From positions 4,154,001-4,218,000 of the forward strand of contig NC_134031.1 in NCBI RefSeq assembly GCF_964204645.1: DNA of 64,000 nucleotides, written 5' to 3'. Of the stretch, positions 44,690 to 55,100 are shown piece by piece. The DNA is from Tubulanus polymorphus (lineage: Eukaryota > Animalia > Nemertea). The notes beneath the pieces were generated by a model that saw nothing but the letters and a program-made list of their open reading frames with translations, searched no databases and had not been told where the DNA came from. Numbering within the stretch: the first letter of the stretch is position 1; each line of letters opens with the position of its first letter. The position numbers were made by a program, and so were the translations under genes.

Positions 44690-46203
44690 CAGAACTGAAT
44701 TGTTCGAAGTCCTGAGAATGACGCAGCCTGGACTATCTGGACTAACGTTCGCTGATTGTCAAGTTTCAGGGTTTCTATCGGACTTCTAAATACAGATGAC
44801 CAAACCGTTGGTGTAGTCGACTTGAGAACGCGTTTCATAAATCATTCGAAACATTATTTGTTTATCGTTATGGGCGTACCGGGGCAGCATGCCAAACATT
44901 ATATCTTCGGTTATCTATAAGTGTTTGTCTGTATCGAGGAAGATAAACGAAAGATCTTTAAGCCGGCCGTGTTAATCGGTTACAGTGTTCACAGAGCCGA
45001 TCGTAAATACAAAGGCATCTAAGCCACAGATAGACTTATTGATAATTCGTTTCTTGTTTGTATCTGCGGCGGGCGCTGTATATGCGGTAGAAACATCGAA
45101 GAAAATGAATGAACTGACGTTATTTGTAAAATATTGCAATTAGATGAGGATGAACAGTTTTACATTATTTTAGTGTACTTAAGTCGAATTATAGGTTATT
45201 TCTTAGTCCGGAATGTTAGATTTTGACATTTTTGCCTGTATCCTAATTAATGATCTTGTGCAATAGAAGGATAAGCTGCTTTATAGATGTAGGACGACGT
45301 GCAATCGAACTATAGAACGAATGAATAGCTCAAAAACTGAATTCGCTACCGTCAGTGTAACTAAATAATGTAGAATATTGTCACACATTTACCTATAAAC
45401 AGAGGGGAACGTGCGCTTTCTGAATTTAGAATGAAACGAGAGACGTTGTTTCTGATTTTATATATTGTAAACAACATGACTGTATGATAAATTATACTGT
45501 TATTTCATAACTTCGGTGTTTTTTCATTGACACACGTTTTCGCTCTTTTACTCTAATATTGTCAAACAAGAGGAAGTGGGAAATTGAAGCGAACACTGTT
45601 ATGAGGTCGTAACTGCGGAACAGTGCTCAATATAGTGGAACTGGTACCTTGGCGTTTTACCCATTTTTGTTAATATATTGGCGACAATTATTTTGTGACT
45701 GTTTAGCAAGCATTGCAAATATATATTTAGATATCCAACCATGGCCAGCCATTGAATAAAATGACCCCTGGGCCCGGTTATACAAAAAGGTTAGTCCCAA
45801 ATATATGTTTGATTTGTCATTAGTTACTTCATGCTTTCAATATCGACGATAATTCGAACTTAACCGAGCTACAATTTTTTTAGCTTTTACTTTTTCGGAC
45901 CCTATCCCGTGAGTCTGTTAACTTAGACACGGAATATCTCCCTCAACTCTTCGTGATTTCATGCACCCCATATCTAAGGAGCAAAATAATTTCGTACGAA
46001 TGCAGCATATAAGTATGGCGGCTGATTTCTCGTCCCTAAGCCCTTATCATCCCCTTATCAAAGATCTATACGATCTCGTTCCTTATTCAGTCTTCTTTTA
46101 CGCTAAATCCCAGATTTGACAACTCTATTTACCACTTGGCGACTGAATATTTACCGAACCTGAGCAAACATCGACTGTTGGAATTGGGAATTCTACGATT
46201 ATT

Positions 46204-46430
46204 TGACCAATCACATCCTCCTAAATACGATTGGTCAGGGGCGACCTTCTCCCCGATCAAATAAATATGTTGTATATTAAAACAACGATTCAGCGTTTGA
46301 CTTTTAAAACGGAGATATAAGTTCGAGGAACCTGAGATTTTGGAATAGTGGAAAAATACGGGACGACGGAGATATAAATCTAGCAGTGAAAAGTATCAAT
46401 GCGTAACTCCGCTAAATCTTTAACGTAAGT
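46204..46430 (+). promoter_or_regulatory. Candidate amine oxidase promoter and 5' non-coding exon
   Basis: Inverted CCAAT pair TGACCAATC (46204-46212) / GATTGGTCA (46229-46237); donor GTAAGT at 46425; acceptor TTGCAG immediately before ATG 46701. Confidence 0.45.
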
Positions 46431-46700
46431 TACATTAAATCATATTAAAATACTTATATGATATATTGCATTATCACATTAAGAGGTTCAATATATGATC
46501 TAATGAGTGAGCTACGTTGAGCCGATTAGTCTAGTTACAAGTTCCAATGGTTTCGAATCCCAGTATTGAGCTCAAAAAACCTGTTCATGTAGCAAAATCG
46601 ATGATTTTTAATCCTGTTGGTGGCTAGATTCGTCTCCATCTCCTTTGGGAATGAAGAAATCCTCGAATATCAACCAATAGCTATTTTTTTCGATTTGCAG

Positions 46701-49410
46701 ATGTTACGTAACGACATGTTGCAGCGTCAGTGGAGCGTACAATCAGCATCAGAAGTGGAACAGCTCATACATCAAGTCGTCTGTTTGGAGGAAAACCGAA
46801 TTGACAAACAACGCAGCCGAACGTCTTTATGTTTAGCGATATTTTTCTGTATTACTACGATTTTGTTGTTTACAGTTGTAACTGTACTCAGTTGTATGAT
46901 AGTTCTGAACGGTGACAGTGGTCGACAGGTGGCCCCCCCTTGCGGCGACGGTTCGGACGACGAACCCGATAACCCGTATCGGAATCACGGCGTATTCACG
47001 GAACTGGCCCCGGACGAGATTTACGCCGTTCGCGATTTTCTACAATCGCAAGTATATCTGCGTATCAAACCGTACGACCACATCGACGTGAATACGACGA
47101 AAATATCTCTAATCGAATTGTGGCTACCGAAAAAATCCGAAACGTTGGGTTTTCTCGATAACAACGGCATTAAACCGGTTCGTAACGCGCGCGTGGTAAT
47201 CGTGCGCGGCGACGAACGCGATCCACGTGTTGAAGAATACATCGTCGGGCCGCTTCCCAATCCTAGATATCACTATCTCATCGGAATCGACGACGATCGA
47301 AAAAGGAACCCGGTACCTTTTCACAATCGACCCTCCGACCAAGCGGAATGGCATTTCATCAGGGGTATGGTGGAAAATATCGCCATCAGAGCCGACCACG
47401 TTCTCCGAGAATCGTACGGTATGTCGGTTGTTGACTGCGACGGAGAAACTGTTGGTTGCATTAGATTTGATAACGCCGCTCCGGGAACCACGAAGCCGAA
47501 GGAACGTCGCACGTGGATCCGATTCATGCGCGACGAAGAGGGTTTTTTCTTGCATCCGACTGCGTTTCAGTTACTGATTAACTACGAATCCCGCAACACT
47601 AGTGTGTGGTCGGTAGACAAAGTTTATTACGAGGGTCAATTTTTCGACTCGGTCGAAGAATTCGTCATCAGGTACGACCAGAATTCGTTGCGGAAGCGGA
47701 AGTACGCCGGTCGCCGGTGGAATAAGTTCGGATCAACGATGCGCAGACGCGGACCGCAGGGACACCGGTCGACGTTGAAAATGGGTCCCAGACAATATTA
47801 CCCCGAAGGCAAACGGTACAACATAGATGGGAACTCAATCAGTTATATGGACTGGCATTTTGACTATTCGTTCTTCACGTCTCTTGGATTACAGTTGTTT
47901 AACGTTAACTTTATGGGCGAAAGGATCGCGTATGAAATGGGAGCGCACGAAATCAGTGTTCTCTACAGCGGCACTACCCCTCTGTCGTATACGACGAATT
48001 TTTTCGATTCTCAGTATCTGCTCGGCGCGTTCAGTTTCGAGATGGTTCGCGGAGTCGATTGTCCGCACCACGCTTCCTACATGGACGCGATCGTATTCAA
48101 AGATGGCCGACCGACGAAACTTCTGAACGCTATATGCGTATTCGAGCACAGTACCGGTCTTCCATTGCGTCGCCATTACGAAATGGACGCTTTCAATTAT
48201 TTGCGGCCGAGCGCATCTTTCGCGAAGAAGATTCGAGCTCCTGGTGATTCAACCTATCATTATTACGGCGGTATGATCGATAACGTTTTGATCATCCGTA
48301 CAATAGCCGCTATTTACAACTACGATTACATTTTCGATTATATCTTTCACCATAACGGTGCCATTGAGGCGAGAGTGACCCCTACCGGATATATCCACAC
48401 GGCGCCGATAGTCGACATGGCCGAACAAAAGGAATACGGATTTCGCGTATTCGGAGACGCTTTGGGAACGGTCCACAATCACCTCGTTCACTTCAAGGTC
48501 GATCTGGATATTCAAGGGCAGCGGAATCGCTTCGAAACTCTGGACATTATCCCAACTCAGACCAAGGTCAAATATAACATCCCGCATGATATACTTCATC
48601 AACGTAAATTCATACGTAACGTTCGCAAAAGCGAGAAAGACGCAGCGTTGAAGTACAATTTCGAGAAGCCGAAGGTGTATTTGATGTACAACGTAAACGC
48701 TACGAACGTTTACGGACACGAACGCGCTTACCGTCTGAAACTCAACGGCATATCGAAACTGTTGCTTCCGGAAAACGAGGGCATCGAACCGGGGATATCC
48801 TGGGCAAGATATCAACTAGCCGTTACTAGAAGGAAGGAGAACGAACGGTCGAGTTCATCGCTGTACAACGGCATCGATCCTCACGATCCTGTCGTCAACT
48901 TTCAACACTACCTTGATGACAATGAGAGCATCGTCGACCAGGTAGGTGACCTCCTTCGCGACCGATAATCCCATTTTTAACATCAAATGTGAATACAAGT
49001 ATCGTTATTCTTCGTTAGGAATTGTACAATAAATACTAAACTTTTAGATCTTTTTTTACATGCAAGACATTTTATATTTAACTTGGGATTATGAACCTAT
49101 TGTCGCATATTTCTTTCCATATCTCGTTCTAAATTCTTGATTGTAATTGCAGGATTTAGTTGCGTGGATATCGTTGGGCACTCACCACATTCCTGCAACT
49201 AGCGATGTACCGAACACACCGACGACAAATGGGCATCTGAGTTTCATGTTACTACCGTTCAACCACCACGACGAAGATCCTTCGATGAATTCTCGAGACA
49301 ACGTATTCATCGTTCCGGGACAAGTGAACCGCCACGGCCAGAAAGAACACGTGTCGTGCATCCCTAAAAATCGCCCATTCGACTTCCACGGATCAGAAAT
49401 ACCTGTTTAA
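46701..49410 (+). CDS. AOC: Copper-containing (TPQ) amine oxidase, AOC1/AOC3-like, type II membrane anchor, ~832 aa; join(46701..48941,49153..49410)
   Basis: TPQ consensus NYDY (RTIAAIYNYDYIFD); Cu ligands HxH (TVHNHLVH) and C-terminal HHIP; likely catalytic Asp (TNFFDSQY); GERIAYE, VRGVDCP, CVFEH..PLRRH motifs; N-terminal hydrophobic segment LCLAIFF..CMIVL; phase-0 intron CAG|GTAGGT..TTGCAG|GAT. The start Met (46701 directly after an acceptor, or 46716) is uncertain. Confidence 0.95.
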
Positions 49411-49742
49411 TCAATCTCAGACAAAATATTCGTTACCTTATGTCTGAGTATATTGAGTTTAGTTTTATCAACGTTTTTTAATTGTATCATATTTTACATT
49501 TTGTGAATTTAGTTATTCTAGTTTGAGTATGAATTCATGTTTATCAGCAATCTGTAAATTTGAAATTAATGTTATACAATATTTTCTCATTTCTCATTAT
49601 TCGTTCACCTTTATATGTAGAATATGTAGAGATTATCTTTTCAGAGAACCACGTCTATGTTATTGCTCTGAATTGTTCAAACCTTCATTCTCAGAATCTT
49701 GTACTTAACTTAATCTGACTCGGTAGGCTACGCAGTGAATTG

Positions 49743-49837
49743 AATAAATTAAATAGATTTTTCGAGATATTCCCTTGCTTTGGAAAACGAATTTAGTATT
49801 TGTATAGAATCTTTGAGACTAAGATATTTGTTTTATT
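49743..49837. terminator. Convergent polyadenylation signals of AOC (+) and class A GPCR (-)
   Basis: AATAAA at 49743-49748 on +; TTTATT at 49832-49837 (AATAAA on -). Confidence 0.45.
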
Positions 49838-50071
49838 TCTATGTAAGTGGAAACGAAAAGTGTTTGTTGACATCTTGGCGCGGCGGTGGATGCTGTAGAA
49901 GAGATAGGGCAGAATGTATGACGTGCGCGGAATAAGTAGAATGTGCACAATACGTGATTTAGTGACGCAATATACGGGAAATCATCCTCATATTTTGAAT
50001 CCGTAAATCTTTACATGCTACGTAGCGCATTATCTATCATTTCGTGTACGTAATAAGTAATCGGATGTAAT

Positions 50072-50113
<42 letters not shown>
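50072..50113. repeat. (ATG)14 microsatellite in the presumed GPCR 3' UTR
   Basis: Directly visible. Confidence 0.95.
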
Positions 50114-50226
50114 TAGGAAACACCAACAGTACGGCGCTAGTCGGTATTGGAGAGGAAGAAAAAGTCAGCAAGGACAAGCTAATACGCACCTTCAACCAAA
50201 ATTCAACTTAGTATATGCATGTGTTG

Positions 50227-51279
50227 TCACTGCTTCCTGTTACTATAGATATCAATGGCTTGTTTTCTAAATTTCTCGTTTGTCGCACAATAAACAATAA
50301 AGTTAATCGATGAATCGATGATAGAAAATCCCAAAGATATTTTTCTTAAGACCATACTATTGATGCGAAAACCTGGTAGATAGGCCAGCTTTCGTACACG
50401 GTCGATAAAACCGAAACCCTCGCAGAAAATGAACACTGCGACTACTGATAGAACCATCTTCAAAACCCTCATTTCTCTTCTTGAAGGTTCGTTGGTTACC
50501 CCGAGTTTTGAACGTCGGACGAAGCGGCGAAAGAATGTCACAAATATAAGAACGACATTTATGATGATCAGAGAGCAAAGAGGAATGATGATGGTGAAAT
50601 AGAGGAACATGTACTTCTCAGACACTACAAAACGCCACTTTAGAACCCCATATTTAAAACCATACTCGAGCCTCTTATGGCGTATATAGATATTCGGCCA
50701 GTGATACGGGCAGTTCGTGGTTCTGAGGCTAGAGATTGGCAAGAAAAGAACAAAATGGCCGGCAATTCCAATAAGTAAAATAACGATCATCGCGCAAGCC
50801 GACGCTAACATTTTAGGATATCTACGAGATTTGATTGGGAATAGTACGACGATTAGCCGCTCAAGACTGAGCAGGACAGTGCACCAGTTACGTGTCATCT
50901 GAAATATATAGAAAAACGGCACCGCAATAGAAATAAAAATCCATCCAAACACCCAGTCATCCACGCGAAATATAATGTCTCCTAAAACTGCGTAAATGTA
51001 CGTAGTCCTCAGAGGATAAAGTATAAATGCAATGATCATGAATGAGATATCGTTAATAGCAAGAATCTTGATGAGAAAGTAAACGTTGGATCTTAGTTTC
51101 TGCAGGATTATCAACGTGAATGCGTTGAATATCACACCCAGTACACACGCAGGTAGATACAGTCCCAAATACATAAAAACACTGAATTTGTAATTCCATC
51201 GAATCGGACGGTTTCGCAAGCTCTGACACAGGTTTGGTTGTTGTGTTGTTAGTCCATTGCTAGTAATATTATCAGACAT
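50227..51279 (-). CDS. Intronless class A (rhodopsin-like) GPCR, FMRFamide-receptor/srw-like divergent peptide or chemosensory receptor, 350 aa
   Basis: Seven hydrophobic segments; TM1 GVIFN, TM2 LAIND, TM3 NWCTVLLSLERL (DRY variant), TM7 SSINFIVY (NPxxY variant), helix 8 NEKFR; N-glycosylation site NIT. Confidence 0.9.
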   Translation of the reverse strand: MSDNITSNGLTTQQPNLCQSLRNRPIRWNYKFSVFMYLGLYLPACVLGVIFNAFTLIILQKLRSNVYFLIKILAINDISFMIIAFILYPLRTTYIYAVLGDIIFRVDDWVFGWIFISIAVPFFYIFQMTRNWCTVLLSLERLIVVLFPIKSRRYPKMLASACAMIVILLIGIAGHFVLFLPISSLRTTNCPYHWPNIYIRHKRLEYGFKYGVLKWRFVVSEKYMFLYFTIIIPLCSLIIINVVLIFVTFFRRFVRRSKLGVTNEPSRREMRVLKMVLSVVAVFIFCEGFGFIDRVRKLAYLPGFRINSMVLRKISLGFSIIDSSINFIVYCATNEKFRKQAIDIYSNRKQ

Positions 51280-52122
51280 TTCACACGTTGTTGGTAGCTG
51301 CAGATGTTTCAGTTTATCACTAATAGATTTGGAAATCTCAGCAAAACCAGGATGGTTCGCGTTTTGTACGTCGTTATCGTGTTTGTCCGCTTTATTATTC
51401 TAATTCAATTGAAAACTTATAGAAAACTTCCACAAATTGAAATTTCTATTCGTCGTTGTAGATACCTTTGAAAAGTTGGAACCATTGATTTTTTATTTCA
51501 TATCATATTTCATCATCACAAATTTTGTACATACGAACAGTTATATTACGATTTTGCTTATTTCATTTTCATAATATTTCGTTCGTATTTTCAAAATTTA
51601 TTCTATATGAAAACGCCAGAAAATGAATGAAGTTAGTGAACGCTTAATCTTTGTCAGTTACTTCGAATGAATAGTACTGTACTGTACGTTCCAATAATAT
51701 CAGCATAACCACCGAAAATACTCCAAAGCACGCTATCTAAATATTGACAGTTTAGTTGAGCTAATCTGAAATCAGCACGAGGGTCAGTAATTCCGAGATA
51801 AGACTCCTATTACCTCAATATAGGAAATACTTTGATAAGTATAGTCTATCATTATCATATATAGTTCTGTTGTCGTACATGCCTTGTGTTTATTGCGTGA
51901 CCATAAGCTACGTACGTCCATCTATAAACATGATAGGCCTATATATGAACAACTTAAGGTAGGGAAGCGATTGGAATAATGAGAATTTTACGTTTTGAAA
52001 CGTTCTTTGAAACGGTAATCGAGTCAATGTAAACAGTGAAAGCAATTAAGCCGTTATTCAGTTCCAATTTATATCATAGTAAACATTCTTACTCCTTTTG
52101 CGGATAGTTGAAATACGATGCG

Positions 52123-55100
52123 ATGTATTCGAGATTGTTTCTGATATTTGCACTTGTTGCCAAATTGACCGTTCTTGCGGATCTAACTATCGCTAATTGT
52201 TCCGGCGACGTCATTCTCGGAGCTCTGTTTCCGGTCCATCTGTCCGATGATGTGAAAACCTGCGGCGAAATACAAAATGAAGACGGAGTGCAACTTCTCG
52301 AAGCGATGTTGTTTACGCTGGATGAAATAAACCGGTCCGGCCTGCTACCTTTCCGCCTCGGGGCCATTGGTTTGGATAGTTGTGAAAATGACGCGTACGC
52401 ACTAAGACAAGTAAGCTTTACTTTCTCGTCCTATGTACAAATCTCTTCATCAAAACTTATTTTCTAGCTGAAAAATATTTTGGTCAATAATGATGATAAT
52501 AATGATAATAACAATAATAATCTTTATTTATCTAAGCATAATAAATTACGTACAATTAATTTAAACATAATAATGGCAATCAATGCATAAATAGGACATC
52601 GACAAGCCTAGTGGCTGAACTCATAGAAGAGGCCGATGCCCTAAGGAGAATACTTTCAGTACAGTTAAGTAAGATGACAATTAGAAAAAGCTATTTGCTA
52701 TCAAAATTAACAGCTTGAAATAATTCCCTTTCTCGACAGCAGTGACTAAGATGATATTTCTCTCGGACGAATGGCTATAGTGAAAAGATAGGACGCTTCC
52801 GGAATAACGAATCGTTCTAGCAATTTTCATCAATTTCGTTTATCATTCTTTCTACAAATAGGTATCGCGTATAATCAGGATTTCTACGTACAACGCAGAG
52901 AATAGTACAATATTCCAGTGTCGAGATGGGAGCGCTCCGAATTTACGCCCGTATCTCGAAGCATTTACCGACGCGAAAGGGTGGGTTGGCGGAGCGAGTA
53001 GCGAAGTAACGATGCAAGTCGCCACATTCCTACAACTATTCCAAATCCCAACGGTGGGTAACATAACACATTTCAAAACACCGTTTCAAGAAAAGTAAAC
53101 AAATATTCGAACGACATGTATCTTATCATTATCGTTCACTTTTAGAGATCATAATACTGTAAAGGACTTTGAACTTGTATTTTGTCTTAATAGCTTTATT
53201 ATCACATCGGTTATCTGCTAACAAATACCGATTACTTATTATGCTTGAACTTGCAAAATCTTCCATTGTTTCCTTTTAAGGTATGATTTAACGATGAGAA
53301 TTTAGGTGTTTTTTATCATTCAGATAAGCTATCAATCAACAAGTCCCGATTTAAGTAACAGAGAGAGATACACGCATTTTTTACGTACGGTACCGTCCGA
53401 TGTTTACCAGGCTAAAGCTATGGTAGCTGTACTGAAGTAAGTCTCGCACCCAGTTTCCACATTTAGATATGGGCAGCTAATAGACTAATTAAAGGAATTG
53501 TAGTCAAGTAGTTACGTCGTAATACACGACTGGAGAACTATTTCCCTTAGTCTTGCGCATTAGCAATCTGTTCCCGATAATGTTACGATCATATTCTGGA
53601 TAAGTCTCGTACTTCTGTGCTTAGAAATGATCTTTGATCTCAAATGTTCTTTTGAACACATATCTTCAAATAAACTATAGAAAAGTTCCTGCGCCGACAC
53701 GTGTAGACTATCTTCATGCATTTTTACAGAGATTTGAATTGGAAATACGTATCTGTGGTTTACGAAGAAACAAACTATGGTATAAAGGGCGTGAGCGCAT
53801 TAGAAGCTGAGATCGTTGATACGGATATATGCTTTACAGCTAAAGAGAAAATATCTATCAGTGAACACAGAACGGAGTTACCTACACGTAAAGGTCTCGC
53901 GGCTCCACCAAACCAATACGTCAAGATAGTCCGTCGCCTCTTACAAAAAGAACACGCTAAAGGTGATTATGAATTTGGACAGAAACTTTTCGCTGACCGC
54001 ACAGGTATTGAGGGCAAGCTCTAAAGATTTGTATCAAAATGACCAGCGGACTATAGTTGCAAACTAGTAGCATGGTAAAATTGAAGAAAACACTATTTTC
54101 AACAAATGGAAATTTTTACAGATCACCAAATACCAAATAGCTCAGGTTTAAAAATGAGTATTAGGAAATAACTATTCCCCCAGTTGATCATGGCAATGCT
54201 AAACCTATGAAATCCAACTCAATTACATAGTTTGACGATTTATGTTAATTTCAGGTGCTAACTAATGCTCTGTTTTTGTGCCTCATATATTCTGTAGTTG
54301 TGATAGTATACGCCCGGGATATATTCGCCTATCAAATCTTCCTGGTCGCCGATAAGCTCAATATGCACGACCGATTTATATGGTTAGGATCAGACGGATG
54401 GAGTCACAGGAATGCGGTTGTGCAAGGCGTAGAGAAAGTCGTCCGTGGTGCGATCACTGTCCGACCTATGTCTATTCCGTTGCCGGGATTTGCAGAATAC
54501 TTTACCAGGTATATCACATCGGCCCCAGAGGCGTAGCCGGTGTATACCACTGTAGACCCGGGCCTACACCACCGACATTTTTTTGGGGGTTAATCGAAAA
54601 ATATTTTACAGAATATTTTACATTTTTATGCGCGTTACTTTTATATTTTTGTTCTACTTTCAGTTTGAAGCCATTTTCAAACTCACGTAATCCGTGGTTT
54701 AAGGAATTCTGGGAGAACCATTTCGATTGTTCGATTAAAGCTACTTCTGGAAGTCGGTCGACTTGTACTGGCAGAGAAGACTTGAACCATACAGGTGCTT
54801 GTTAATCGGATTCCAGATATCTTAGAACTTAGAATCACCCAATTCAGATATCGTATATCATTTGCATCCGTTTGCCTCTTGAAATTAGTCCCTATTCCAC
54901 AGTCATTTACCTGGAAACGATCTAAGGTCAACGGTTGTAAATCAATCAGAATTGTCAGAGCCACCATGGCCTCATAATCAGGAAAATGAAATCACCTCGC
55001 ACTCTAAGTGGGTCAAGAGGTGAACAAGAATGTAATTCGGAATGGTTTTGGTACGGATCTTTTCCATGCTTTTCACAGATATCCTAGATGCAGTGGATAT

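Noticed and set aside
46510-46573. tRNA-like stretch with GGTTTCGAATCCC (other B-box-like words at ~4600, ~9855, ~57973)
   Set aside because: No complete cloverleaf; at most decayed SINE heads, not tRNA genes
46617-46700. N-terminal extension of the AOC ORF in the ORF track
   Set aside because: TTG start; lies in a polypyrimidine tract ending in an acceptor CAG, so likely intronic
47021-48815. Several antisense/alternate-frame ORFs (up to 188 aa) over the amine oxidase exon
   Set aside because: Shadow ORFs expected from codon bias; no recognisable domain
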